Assembly: GCF_905233635.1 (NCBI RefSeq)
Contig: NZ_CAJODG010000036.1
Span: 875-64,874 of the forward strand
Direction: 5' to 3'
DNA length: 64,000 nt
Origin: Selenomonas sp. AE3005
Lineage (GTDB): Bacteria; Bacillota; Negativicutes; Selenomonadales; Selenomonadaceae
In this document: positions 41,923-52,312 of the stretch, one piece after another
How the letters are laid out: each line of letters opens with the position of its first letter
How positions within the stretch are numbered: the first letter of the stretch is position 1
Translations under genes and position numbers: made by a program
The notes under the pieces: model-generated
What the model was told of the DNA's origin: nothing
What the model saw: the letters and a program-made list of their open reading frames with translations, nothing else
The model's database searches: none

Positions 41923-43005
41923 TCACTTGGCGCTGCGCTTTACATTCTCACCGTAAATGGTCTTAAAATCGTCCCGCATGGAAACGGAAACCCAGCCATT
42001 TTCCGTGGCCAGTTTCTTGCATTTTTCCGCTTTTTTGCTATCCCCCAATTCTCGCTGCAGGTCATCACATAGCAGGAAGAAGGCCGCACTCTTGTACTTA
42101 TTATCGTTCACCGTATAGTTAAGCATACTGGTATCACCACTGGAATTACCAAAAGCCAGCACCGGCTGCTTACCTATTTCCCTGACGATGGATTGCACTT
42201 TGTTCATTTGGAGATTCTTGATGACAAATTTGCCCCGCACCAGAGAATCTCCTTTTTTATAGGCATAATCCAGTCCATTCTTATCGCCCTGATGGTTGGC
42301 TTTGACTTCGATATCGGTGCCGATGATTCGATTTTCGGGAATATGAAGGGCATCACAAACGAGAACGCGCACCAGCTGGCGCTCAGTTCCCGAAACTACA
42401 TACACCTGAAAGCCATTATTTTGCAGGTACTGAATGGTTTCTACCATCGGCAGGTAAAAGGCCTCGCCCCACTTCAGGTTAGTCAGGCCCTCCACCGGCG
42501 TTTCCATAAATTTACGGACATAGGACGTGTACTCAGGATAGCTCATGCCCTCAAACACAGCGGCCTGATGCGGCGCACTGCTGCCCAGCTTATCACCGGC
42601 ATCCTTGCTGCGAATAAAACGTTCCAGCCCTTTGGCAAACTCCCGGTCAGCCGGCGACGCCTTATAGTTCTTGTCATTGACAGCCCGTTCAATGAACAGC
42701 ATGCCATCAAAATAATAAGGGGCTGTCTCACATATAAAAGTCCCGTCCATGTCATAAACAGCAATACGGTCTTCCACGGGAATGAAATTCTTGCTCTTCG
42801 TATTGGTTACATCTTTAACATAGGAAACAAGCGCCTGATAAGAGGCAGCCTCCTTGTTCCAATACTTGAAGTTGCTGCCCTGTTTATTCACGGAAATCTG
42901 CGAGATTTCTGCCCGCGACATAGCCTCAGAGCTTGGAACATCTGCCATAAAGCCCAGACTCAAAGCTGCTAGCAGAACAGCCGTACAAAGTTTTTTATTT
43001 TTCAT
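41923..43005 (-). CDS. Secreted HAD-family hydrolase
   Basis: Signal peptide, DMDGT, VVSG, FGNSSGD, VSMRDDF. Confidence 0.85.
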   Translation of the reverse strand: MKNKKLCTAVLLAALSLGFMADVPSSEAMSRAEISQISVNKQGSNFKYWNKEAASYQALVSYVKDVTNTKSKNFIPVEDRIAVYDMDGTFICETAPYYFDGMLFIERAVNDKNYKASPADREFAKGLERFIRSKDAGDKLGSSAPHQAAVFEGMSYPEYTSYVRKFMETPVEGLTNLKWGEAFYLPMVETIQYLQNNGFQVYVVSGTERQLVRVLVCDALHIPENRIIGTDIEVKANHQGDKNGLDYAYKKGDSLVRGKFVIKNLQMNKVQSIVREIGKQPVLAFGNSSGDTSMLNYTVNDNKYKSAAFFLLCDDLQRELGDSKKAEKCKKLATENGWVSVSMRDDFKTIYGENVKRSAK

Positions 43006-43089
43006 TACTGAAATCCTCCCTTTTCGTCATCTGTCTGCGATATAAGCACATAGCAAATAATTTCCACAAAACTGCAGCATATTCCTGTT

Positions 43090-43968
43090 TCAAGCCAAAA
43101 TTTCTCTCTTTGTCTGCAGGAAATACCGCAGCGCACCTGTAAAGCCTGCGGCTGTCCCGAGCCGGGCAAAGGCAATATGCGTATTAGCCAGCAAGGCCGC
43201 TGGCAGCAGCTCCTGTAAATACTTATTAAGGCGCGGGGCAAAATAATCCTGCTGGGCCATTATCGCACCGCCCATAATCAATACCTCCGGATTTACTACA
43301 CAACAAATGGCGGCCAGGCCTTGGGCAATCTTTTTCGTCATATCATTCAATGCCGCCAGCGCTTTTTCATCGCCTGCAGCCGCCCGCTGAAAAACTTCCT
43401 CTCCCGTTGCCGCACCTGTCTGTTTAAGTAATACAGGCACACTCGCCACCCGTTCCAGATGGCCGCCGTCACTTGGCAGGAAACCTATCTCACCTGCGGC
43501 CGCAGCCGCGCCATGAACAACATGACCGTCCAGTACCAAAGCGCCGCCTATGCCTGTTCCCACAAAGATACAAAAAGCACTTTTCGTCCCCTGACCGGCT
43601 CCCAGCCAGCTTTCTCCCAGGCCGGCAGCGTTTACATCATTTTCCACCGTACATGGCAAATGCGTCAACTTTTCAATTTCTGCACGCAATTTCATGCCGC
43701 TATAACCGGGAAAATTGGGCCCGGCAAATATAACCTCACCTTTTTCCGTGTCAATGAGCCCCGGGGAACAAACGGCCACACCTGCCGCCTGGCCACACTC
43801 TGCTTGCAGGCTCTGCACAATCGCAGCTATTTTGCGTGGAATATCACCGCTGCCGTCAGTGTCGATATTCGTCGGCCGCTGTCCCTGGGTGATAATCTGC
43901 CCCTCTTCTGTCAGCATTGCGTACTTAATGGCTGTACCGCCTATATCTATACAAGCATATTGTTTCAT
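43090..43968 (-). CDS. ROK-family sugar kinase
   Basis: DIGGT, ENDVNAA, GTGIGG, GEIG; start at ATG 43968 after AGGAG. Confidence 0.9.
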   Translation of the reverse strand: MKQYACIDIGGTAIKYAMLTEEGQIITQGQRPTNIDTDGSGDIPRKIAAIVQSLQAECGQAAGVAVCSPGLIDTEKGEVIFAGPNFPGYSGMKLRAEIEKLTHLPCTVENDVNAAGLGESWLGAGQGTKSAFCIFVGTGIGGALVLDGHVVHGAAAAAGEIGFLPSDGGHLERVASVPVLLKQTGAATGEEVFQRAAAGDEKALAALNDMTKKIAQGLAAICCVVNPEVLIMGGAIMAQQDYFAPRLNKYLQELLPAALLANTHIAFARLGTAAGFTGALRYFLQTKREILA

Positions 43969-44181
43969 AATGTTCTCCTGTTCCCGGCAATATTTCTGAT
44001 GGCCGTACTTAATTGGGGCAGCAATATTTATGCTGCAACAATATAAACTTCTACGCTGCTGTCTTAAACCCTGCAAAATATCCCCCTGCGACGGTGTTTT
44101 ATGTCATTTATACTGCGCACGCAGGAAATAAACGCAGCGTGTAGAATATATCGGGTAAAATCATAGATAAGGTGAGCATTT

Positions 44182-45105
44182 ATGGATAAATTAGTAGCCA
44201 GCATCTTAAAACGGCTGACGCCCCTTTGGGAAACCATATATTTTTTCTACCAAAGGTTCACTGCCTACCATAGCATTTCCAGCTGGTTTGACATGGCCTC
44301 TGGTACTACCTATTATTTTCTTTTGGGGTTCCTGCCTTTTCTGGTATTTACAGTAAACCTTATGCTGTTCGTCATGGCCTCACAGGTCGACGCTATTTAC
44401 GGTATGGCGTCCCACTATCTGCCCGAACGTATGGCCGGGCCGCTTATGAGCGATATCACACGCATTATGGCCAGCCGCAGCAGCCTGTGGATGTGGGTGA
44501 CCGGTCTTTTCTCCCTGTACAGTTTTGTGCAAGGTCTAGTGATACTGACACGTGCCACAGACAGCCTTGATTATGCCAATACAGCTGCCATGGCCCGGGA
44601 TAACCGCCATAATATCCTGGTATACGCCAAGGGTATTATCTTTACCTTTGGTTTAATGGTGGTTATATTTCTCTCCCTGGGGCTGCCTGTCTTTGGCAAT
44701 TCCCTGGTCTACTATCTGAATGAGGACGGACAGCTGCCGGCCTTTTTCCTCGGACTGTGGAATTTCCTGCGCGTTTTCCTGCCCTTTGTGGTACTCGTTG
44801 TCTGGCTCACTTTTTTCTATATCTTTGCGCCCCATTCTTATACGCCACCGTTCAGACAGGCCTTTATCACTGCGCTGCTGGTCACTTTCTTGTGGCTGGC
44901 CGCCACTGGTATTTACAGCTGGTGTATGACGCTTATCCCCAGTATGGGCATTGCCTACGGTTCCCTCTTTGGTCTCTTTGCCCTGTTTGTCTGGTTTAAA
45001 TTCATTGTCAGTTTTATCATTTACGGTATCGAATTCTTAATGGCACTTAACGAAATGGAACTCCGGCACAAAATCGCCGCCATGCAGGCCCAAAATAATT
45101 CCTAA
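44182..45105 (+). CDS. YihY/virulence factor BrkB-family membrane protein
   Basis: YY..L..LPFL N-terminal motif, YGSL...L.W near the C-terminus, several TM helices. Confidence 0.8.
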   Translation: MDKLVASILKRLTPLWETIYFFYQRFTAYHSISSWFDMASGTTYYFLLGFLPFLVFTVNLMLFVMASQVDAIYGMASHYLPERMAGPLMSDITRIMASRSSLWMWVTGLFSLYSFVQGLVILTRATDSLDYANTAAMARDNRHNILVYAKGIIFTFGLMVVIFLSLGLPVFGNSLVYYLNEDGQLPAFFLGLWNFLRVFLPFVVLVVWLTFFYIFAPHSYTPPFRQAFITALLVTFLWLAATGIYSWCMTLIPSMGIAYGSLFGLFALFVWFKFIVSFIIYGIEFLMALNEMELRHKIAAMQAQNNS

Positions 45106-45193
45106 ACAATATGGAGGCCCCCATAAGTCAGATTATATTTCCTGACTTATGGGGGCCTCTGCTATAGCAATCAGTCCCATCCCAATGCCTTAC

Positions 45194-45490
45194 TTATTTA
45201 TTTGTTTCCCAGTAATTTATCCTGAGAATATCCCCTGGTTTTATATCCCTGGTCAAAAGCCATTCGTTAAGTTCCCGAATGCCCTCGCGGAATTCATTTA
45301 CTTCCCGGGCACCGTAAGTATTTTTCTGCATGTACTTCTTGGCAATACTTTCCAGGGTATCCCCCTGCTGTACCTGGTAGGATACATGTACTACCGTCCA
45401 GGCACGATGGTCAAGTTCAGCAGCCTCAGTAATATTACCGGCTCCGATAATCCAGGCCGCCATCATCATTGCCATAACTACTTTTCTCAT
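45194..45490 (-). CDS. Secreted LysM-domain protein
   Basis: Signal peptide, YQVQQGDTLESIA...N...I.PGD.L.I. Confidence 0.85.
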   Translation of the reverse strand: MRKVVMAMMMAAWIIGAGNITEAAELDHRAWTVVHVSYQVQQGDTLESIAKKYMQKNTYGAREVNEFREGIRELNEWLLTRDIKPGDILRINYWETNK

Positions 45491-45714
45491 CGTTCTGTCC
45501 TCCTGTATCCACTTAGGCTTATGCCCTTTAAACATATATACGTATCACCTGAAAAAGTATTACAAAAAAAATAAAATTTTTTTCAGATACCCACACTTAT
45601 TTAAGTGTTCTGGTTTATCTATCTAATCTTTATATCCCTGAAAGCTCAAAGTGTTTATTGTATAAAAAAATTTTTTATCGTGACCGAAACACAGACAAAA
45701 TACTCTTCTTCCCC

Positions 45715-45856
45715 TATAACGAGGCAAGAAAATGTCCCCCACCTCAGCAGGTGGGGGCACGAATACCAAAACAGGCGGCGAGCATATCTCCCGCCTCGTT
45801 GCGAAGCGAAGCAGAGGAAGTTTTGCCTATGGCAAAACTGTAACAACGGCGTTATA
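45715..45856. repeat. MITE-like family A, copy 3
   Basis: TATAACG...CGTTATA ends; same core plus an extra hairpin AGTTTTGCC-TAT-GGCAAAACT. Confidence 0.85.
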
Positions 45857-45890
45857 ATGCCTGTGTACTATGGTCAGAAAGGAATTATTT

Positions 45891-46109
45891 ATGGGTGAAA
45901 AAATAACGAAAAAATTATCGCCGCGCTATGCGGTTCCGGACAGGGAATTATGTGCAGCCTGCGGGGCCTGTGAAGATGTATGTCCGCTAGGTGCTATTGC
46001 TGTATATCAAGGGCGTTTTGCCAAAGTCAAGGAAACTCTCTGTGTAGGCTGTGGCAAATGCGTCCGTGAGTGTCCAGCCTCCATCATAAAACTGGAGGTG
46101 CGCGCATGA
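45891..46109 (+). CDS. 2x[4Fe-4S] ferredoxin
   Basis: CAACGACEDVCP and CVGCGKCVRECP. Confidence 0.9.
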   Translation: MGEKITKKLSPRYAVPDRELCAACGACEDVCPLGAIAVYQGRFAKVKETLCVGCGKCVRECPASIIKLEVRA

Positions 46110-46681
46110 ACAAGCATTGGTATCACTATCTGTGGATTTGGTCGCTGTTTTACTTCGGCATGGGATTTTTTAATATTCTCTTTGCCTGGCTCGGGCTCAT
46201 CAGCTTTGCCCTGCCTTTGATTATGGCGATTGGTTTTGGCAACAAACGCTTTTGCAACCGCTACTGCGACCGCGGACAGACACTACGTGCCTTAGGGCAG
46301 CTGGGCTTTTCCCGGCGTAAAGATATGCCTGCCTGGATGAAAGGCAAAGCTTTCCGTTATGGCTTTATGATATTTTTCTTCGGCATGTTCGGCAGTGTAC
46401 TCTATACAACCTGGCTGGTTTATAGCGGCGCCGAATCCCTGCAGCAGGTGGTTTCGCTCTTATGGACGTTCCACTTTCCCTGGGAGTGGGCCTATAGCGG
46501 CGGCGTTTCCCCTTGGACAGCACAATTTGCTTTTGGCCTGTATAGTCTGATGCTGACCTCCGAAGTCATCGCTCTTGTTACCATGCTTTTATTCCGACCG
46601 CGGTCATGGTGCGTTTACTGCCCTATGGGTACGCTTACGCAGCTGATTTGCCAGGCTAAAGGCCCAAACCTGCCGGAATGA
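46106..46681 (+). CDS. Membrane 4Fe-4S-binding protein
   Basis: TM helices with FCNRYC and WCVYCPMG; ATGA overlap with the ferredoxin. Confidence 0.85.
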   Translation: MNKHWYHYLWIWSLFYFGMGFFNILFAWLGLISFALPLIMAIGFGNKRFCNRYCDRGQTLRALGQLGFSRRKDMPAWMKGKAFRYGFMIFFFGMFGSVLYTTWLVYSGAESLQQVVSLLWTFHFPWEWAYSGGVSPWTAQFAFGLYSLMLTSEVIALVTMLLFRPRSWCVYCPMGTLTQLICQAKGPNLPE

Positions 46682-46799
46682 TAAAATATCGCACCTTTAT
46701 TCTTTTAATCACGATAATTAAAGGAAAACAGCACGCCATGACAGAAATATTACTGTATAGTTATTAACTGCAATGCAACAAACAGGAAGGAGCTTATCC

Positions 46800-48284
46800 A
46801 TGCAAAAATCATTTTCGCTCCCTATTTCGCGTCGGGAATTTGTAAAGATGGCCTCTTTGGCTGCTGCCGGTCTGGCCGCCGGCACTACACCAGGTATGGC
46901 CGCCACGCCAAGCACACCACAGGCCGGAACCATTGCCTATGCTGGGCGCGAACTTCCCGTACTCTTTGATACCGATGTATGTGTATGCGGTGGCGGGCCG
47001 TCAGGTGCCGCAGCCGCCATAAATGCCGGCCGCAAAGGTGCCAAAACCGTTCTCGTAGAACGCGGCATAGCCCTGGGCGGCCTGGCTGTACTTGGCTGTG
47101 TTTATCCCTTTATGGACACACTGGCCCCCAACAGCGATACGCCCTATGTCGCAGAAGTAAAAGACAGGCTGCACCGTCATGGTATTGAACACTATGACGG
47201 CGTCACCCGGCAGGTTTGGCATAATCCGGAAACCCTGTCACTTATCTATGATGAAATGTGCGAAGAGGCCGGCGTCAACATCTTATATCAGTGTGTACTG
47301 GTTGACAGTATCGTGGCTAAAGGCAATATCACCGCTGTTATCGTGCAGACTATCGCCGGCCTGGCTGCCATTCGGGCCAAAACATTTATCGATACGACAG
47401 GCGATGCCTACCTTGCCCGCGCCGCTGGCGTCCCATTTGAAAAAGGCTATGAAAAGACCGGCAAAAATCAGCCCATGTCCTTCCGCTTTGAAATGGGCGG
47501 CATTGATTTAAATCGCCTCTATCAGCATGTGGCCGTCGAACTAAAAGAGGATTGGTGCAAATCCAAGCCACCCCATTTTGAAATTGCCGAGGCTATGCAC
47601 CGCAAACAGCGTTATAAGCTGGAGGAATTGATGGCACGCGGCGTGGAATCCGGTGAACTTACACAGAAAGAGGCAGAATACCTGCAGGCCTATTCCATCA
47701 TCGGCAAAAACGGCGTCATGAGCATGAACTGCCCGGAAATTCCTGTAGAATACAGCGCCTCTGACCCGCTTTCCTACAGCAAAGCCGTTACTGTAGGCCG
47801 CAAGATGATGCGTCATATCGCGTCCTATCTTGTGAAACACCTGCCCGGGTTCGAACATGCCTTCATCAGCCGGGAGGCCGCCATGCTGGGGGCACGTGAA
47901 TCCTGGCGTATCCGTGGCAAACATTATCTGGTCGAGGACGATTACCATAACCAGAGCCGCTATGCTGACGCGGTCTGCCGTACTGCCTGGTTCATTGACG
48001 CTCATGGCGAAAAAGTATCGGAAAAGCTGCCCAATGGTGCTTATTACGAAATCCCCTACCGCTCCCTGGTAACCAACGAAATCGGCAACCTGATTGTCGC
48101 CGGCCGGGCCATCAGCGCCAGCTTTATCCTGCAAGCCTCCATGCGCATTCAGCCCACCTGCATGAGCATTGGCGAGGCTGCCGGCATTGCCGCCGCCTGG
48201 GGACTGAAAAAAGGCATTGCTGCCAATAATGTGGATTGGACAGCCATACCTGCCAAAGAAAGAAGTTATGTAAGCAAAAGCTGA
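46800..48284 (+). CDS. Tat-exported FAD-dependent oxidoreductase
   Basis: SRREFVK twin-arginine signal, GGGPSG, DTTGDA, RESWRI, YEIPYRSL, GRAISA. Confidence 0.88.
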   Translation: MQKSFSLPISRREFVKMASLAAAGLAAGTTPGMAATPSTPQAGTIAYAGRELPVLFDTDVCVCGGGPSGAAAAINAGRKGAKTVLVERGIALGGLAVLGCVYPFMDTLAPNSDTPYVAEVKDRLHRHGIEHYDGVTRQVWHNPETLSLIYDEMCEEAGVNILYQCVLVDSIVAKGNITAVIVQTIAGLAAIRAKTFIDTTGDAYLARAAGVPFEKGYEKTGKNQPMSFRFEMGGIDLNRLYQHVAVELKEDWCKSKPPHFEIAEAMHRKQRYKLEELMARGVESGELTQKEAEYLQAYSIIGKNGVMSMNCPEIPVEYSASDPLSYSKAVTVGRKMMRHIASYLVKHLPGFEHAFISREAAMLGARESWRIRGKHYLVEDDYHNQSRYADAVCRTAWFIDAHGEKVSEKLPNGAYYEIPYRSLVTNEIGNLIVAGRAISASFILQASMRIQPTCMSIGEAAGIAAAWGLKKGIAANNVDWTAIPAKERSYVSKS

Positions 48285-48375
48285 ATATTTGCAAGACACA
48301 AAAACGGGCAGTTGATAAGTCAACTGCCCTAATTCACGGATATTTTTCCTCTTAGTATTTCATCAAATTGATTTG

Positions 48376-49524
48376 TCAACTGCCATATAATACACGCCGG
48401 ACTTCTTCTTTGGTTGTCAGACTAGCCTCAGCTTTATTATCGCCATCGGTCTGCATGGTTTCCATGCCATTGTCACAAGCCAGCTTGGTCAGCACTTCCT
48501 GACTTTGACCTGTCAAAATTGCCTCCCGAATTGACTGGTCAACTACCATCAATTCATGAATGGCGAGCCGGCCGCAGAATTTGCCGCTTTCACCAACTGC
48601 CGTTCTACGGACAAGTCTTTGGGCCAGTACGCCGGTCAGCGTTGCCGCCAGCAAATATGGCGGCACTCCCATTTCTAGCAGGCGGAAAACCGTGGCGGTG
48701 GCATTTTCTGTGTGCAGAGTGGTGAGGAGCAAATGACCGGTCAAAGCCATTCGTACTGCCATCATTGCTGTTTCTTCATCGCGGATTTCCCCCAGCAGAA
48801 TTCCCTGTGCGTCCTGCCGTAAAATTGCCCGCAGGCCGCTGGCATAAGTAAGGCCTGCCTTAGGGTTTAATTGTACCTGATTTATGCCTGTGATATGACG
48901 TTCGATAGGATCCTCTAACGTAATCCAATTCCGTTCCACTTCGTTCAGCTCACGCAGGGCCGCATATAAGGTGGTGGTCTTTCCCGAGTTCATCGGCCCG
49001 GTGACAATTATAAGCCCGGACGGGCGCCGGATAAGCTGGCGAAATTTGTTTTCAGTATCCGGACTAAAGCCCAACTGGCTAAGGGATAAAAGTTCCTCCT
49101 GCAGGTTCATCAGTCTGAGTACCAGCATTTCCCCGCCGGATACAGGCATGGCAGCTGTTCTGATATCGAGTTTTTTATCACTGGCAGAAAAAACAAAGGA
49201 GCCATCCTGAGGACGGTTGCGAACCGAAATATCCATACCAGCCATGACCTTGATTCTGGAGCTTAGGCGCTGTGCCAGTTCCAGAGGCAGGCGATAAGGC
49301 AGTTCTTGCAGCAGGCCATCACAGCGGCAGCGGAAACGCACTTCCTGTGCCAGCGGTTCGATGTGCAGGTCACTGGCACCCAATTTTACAGCCTGTTTCA
49401 GTAAAAAATCAGCTAGGCGTACAATAGCACTGTTACTTTGCTCTGGCATATTTATTCCCGGTTCCAGCTGTTCACGCTGACATTGCGTTACGAGGATATG
49501 CCAAAATTTCTCATCATCAGTCAC
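48376..49524 (-). CDS. GspE/PulE/PilB-family assembly ATPase
   Basis: ASDLHIEP, PQDG, GPMNSGKTTT, EDPIE, LRQD, GEIRD, TGH..TLH. Confidence 0.9.
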   Translation of the reverse strand: MTDDEKFWHILVTQCQREQLEPGINMPEQSNSAIVRLADFLLKQAVKLGASDLHIEPLAQEVRFRCRCDGLLQELPYRLPLELAQRLSSRIKVMAGMDISVRNRPQDGSFVFSASDKKLDIRTAAMPVSGGEMLVLRLMNLQEELLSLSQLGFSPDTENKFRQLIRRPSGLIIVTGPMNSGKTTTLYAALRELNEVERNWITLEDPIERHITGINQVQLNPKAGLTYASGLRAILRQDAQGILLGEIRDEETAMMAVRMALTGHLLLTTLHTENATATVFRLLEMGVPPYLLAATLTGVLAQRLVRRTAVGESGKFCGRLAIHELMVVDQSIREAILTGQSQEVLTKLACDNGMETMQTDGDNKAEASLTTKEEVRRVLYGS

Positions 49525-49701
49525 GCTTATCCCAGCTTTCTCATTAAGATATTTGTCTATTTCTTTTCTAGTATCATAAACTCCTGCATAAAATGAAACG
49601 TTATAACAATAAAAAACATATAATGTGGCAAGTAAATAGGGCGCTGCGATAAAATGCTTTCATATTTCATCGCAACGCCCTCTGTTATTTACTAAGAGTT
49701 A

Positions 49702-51108
49702 TTATTTTATATGCTGTGCCAGTTCATTTAAAAACGCTCTGGCACAGGTTTCCGATATGAGCGCGGTTTTATCGTGAGCTTTTACCTCCGCCAGTTCCTG
49801 TTTAAACGATTCAGCCTTAGCTTTATCGCCTGCCAGGACTGCCAGTCCCGTCAGATCCGCCTTGATGATACGCCGCAACTGGGCCAGCTGTGGCTGGCAT
49901 TCCGCCAGCTGCTGCGGCAAAAGCTGCCGTTCTAATGTATCCAGACTATTGTCCAGCTTAGTCAATTCCTGAACAACTTTTTCCTGTTTACTCTGCTTGT
50001 CCGCCTGACTGTCAGCCTGCCAGTACTCATTCAGCAGCACGCGCAGGGCAGCACCATCTTCCGGGCCGATAACAGCCCAGGATACCACCATGTGCTGGCT
50101 ATGGTCAGCAAAATTTTCCATAGCCGGTGCCAAGTTCCCATATAAGTCCTTGATAGCTTTGTGCCAGGATTTAACGGCGTCATAATTGCCGGGATTCTGT
50201 GCGTAATCAGCAGCCGTAGACAAACTGATTTTCGACAGTTCCGCATGTTTCATCGGATTGAAGAATATCGCCGGAATGACGGAATCCTGCGGTAATTTTT
50301 CCACCGGTCCCAAAGCCAGCTTGGCCTCCAAATAATCGCTAACCGGATAGTTCCACCAGACACCAAGCTTGCGGCCATACAGGCTGCGGGCCGCCTGATA
50401 ATCTGTGTCACTCAGCCCGTCAGGCACCACTTTTTCCCCGGTATAGAGCACCAGGATATTTTTATCGAGTGTCTGAGAAAAATCCCGCGTATATTCCTTG
50501 ATACTGCCATTTTCTTCCATATCCTGACGAAAATATTCCGTCGGTACGGTAATGAGCGGCGCAACGTCCGCATGCTTGGCGATGAAATGTTCATTCACCC
50601 AATTTAAGAATTCCGCCTGGCCGCGGCCGTCCTTATTCTTTATATCGTCAAAGAAAATTGCAAAGTCCCGGACGCCCAAATCGTACATGGCCATGAGTTT
50701 CTTTTCCATGGCCACTCTGTCCAGTACGCCCCGATAACCGGAAAGCTCTATATCCAGCCCCGGGGAAATGGCAAAGATAAAGCGCACATTATTGGCTTTG
50801 GCAGTTTTGACAAGTTCCTGCAAATCAGCCAGCTTATCCTGCGGATATGGTTCACGCCACTTGGCCCGATGATACGGGTCATCTTTTGGTGCATAGATAT
50901 AGGCATTAAGATTATGGTCAGCACAGAATTTCAGCATATCCAGACGTTTTTCCTGCGTCCAGGGCGTGCCATAGAAACCTTCGACAATGCCGCGCAAGGG
51001 AATGGGCTCAGCCCCTGAGGCATTTATACTGCCAACACAAAAACTACAGGTCATTATAGCCAGACATAGCAGCCATTTCAATTTGTTATGCAAAAAATTT
51101 TTAACCAT
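49702..51108 (-). CDS. Secreted GH84 beta-N-acetylglucosaminidase
   Basis: GIVEGFYGTPW, YAPKDDPYHR, FFDDI, WWNYPV.D, NPM. Confidence 0.92.
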   Translation of the reverse strand: MVKNFLHNKLKWLLCLAIMTCSFCVGSINASGAEPIPLRGIVEGFYGTPWTQEKRLDMLKFCADHNLNAYIYAPKDDPYHRAKWREPYPQDKLADLQELVKTAKANNVRFIFAISPGLDIELSGYRGVLDRVAMEKKLMAMYDLGVRDFAIFFDDIKNKDGRGQAEFLNWVNEHFIAKHADVAPLITVPTEYFRQDMEENGSIKEYTRDFSQTLDKNILVLYTGEKVVPDGLSDTDYQAARSLYGRKLGVWWNYPVSDYLEAKLALGPVEKLPQDSVIPAIFFNPMKHAELSKISLSTAADYAQNPGNYDAVKSWHKAIKDLYGNLAPAMENFADHSQHMVVSWAVIGPEDGAALRVLLNEYWQADSQADKQSKQEKVVQELTKLDNSLDTLERQLLPQQLAECQPQLAQLRRIIKADLTGLAVLAGDKAKAESFKQELAEVKAHDKTALISETCARAFLNELAQHIK

Positions 51109-51124
51109 ATTAACACCCGCCTTC

Positions 51125-52279
51125 TCAAACCTTAAACAATATATCATGCTTGTGCAAGTATTTCGCCAGGGGCAGCCACAAGCCAATCCATAACAACGTA
51201 AAGAGCAGAATACTCAGCGGCACATTGCCTATGCCCTTCAATGTAACAGACCATAACCAGGGATACAAGGGCGTTCCTGACACTGTTTGCACATGCCACA
51301 GCGTCATCAGCACCACTTCCGGCAAAATATAGAACAGCAAGGCATTCTTGCCAAGCCAGCGCCAGGAAGCGCATAACCAGCCCATAAAATCCGGCATAAA
51401 GGAAAAACTGATTTCCAGCAAAGCCAGCAGCCACATACAAAAACCGCTGGTCAGCAGGGCAAACGGTGCCGTCCAAAGATTTTTGCAGATTATATCCATG
51501 TAGCTCCAAAGGCCGCCTGCCAGCAGCAGGACGCCGCCATGCAGTATCATTTTGCCCACCCGTTCAAAGACCGGCGCATTATCTACGGTCAAATGACGCC
51601 CGGCCATTATGCCAAACAGCATTGACGCCGTAGCGGCAATCGTGCCATACAGTCCCTCCGGGTCAAAATTGCCACCCATATAACAATGGGCCGCCCCCGG
51701 GAAAATCCCGTCGATAACCATACTGATATTATCCGTGGGACTAAACGGACTGCTCGTATCATACAGGTGAAAACACACAGAAGAAAGCAGCAGCAGTAAA
51801 AAGGCCATGGTATTTAACAGGGAGTTTCGTTCCAGCCCCCAGGCCAGAATCATGCCGCAAAAATACACCAGCCCCAGCCTTTGGAGAACGCCCAACACCC
51901 GGCCATGGTCAATAATCTGTGCCAGCAGTCCCGATGAGGCTGCTCCTGGAGAAAAGAAGTGCTGCAGGATAAGCGGCATCTGACTGAGGAACAGCCCCAG
52001 CAGTATCAATATCAACGAGCGCCGTGTAATCCGCCCGAAAATATCATTTTCCCTATTCCGCCCATACTTGGCCAAATGTAAAGCCCCGGCTGTCCCCATG
52101 GCAAAGATAAAGCCCGGCATGACAAAATCCGCCAGCGTTATGCCTTCCCAGGGCGAATGGAGCAGTATCGGATAGGCCTCGGAAAAATCGGGCAGGCCAT
52201 TTACCAACAGCATGCAGGCGATGACCAGTCCCCGGAACACGTCCAAGGACGGCAGCCGCCGATGTTGTCTAAGTAACAT
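51125..52279 (-). CDS. Heparan-alpha-glucosaminide N-acetyltransferase-like (HGSNAT/NagX) membrane protein
   Basis: SLDVFRG...M..VN, H..W.G...AD...P.F.F..G, GVLQR, DPEG, K.LWT. Confidence 0.88.
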   Translation of the reverse strand: MLLRQHRRLPSLDVFRGLVIACMLLVNGLPDFSEAYPILLHSPWEGITLADFVMPGFIFAMGTAGALHLAKYGRNRENDIFGRITRRSLILILLGLFLSQMPLILQHFFSPGAASSGLLAQIIDHGRVLGVLQRLGLVYFCGMILAWGLERNSLLNTMAFLLLLLSSVCFHLYDTSSPFSPTDNISMVIDGIFPGAAHCYMGGNFDPEGLYGTIAATASMLFGIMAGRHLTVDNAPVFERVGKMILHGGVLLLAGGLWSYMDIICKNLWTAPFALLTSGFCMWLLALLEISFSFMPDFMGWLCASWRWLGKNALLFYILPEVVLMTLWHVQTVSGTPLYPWLWSVTLKGIGNVPLSILLFTLLWIGLWLPLAKYLHKHDILFKV

Positions 52280-52312
52280 GCTAAAACCTTCTTTATCATT
52301 TATCGTCTAAAC

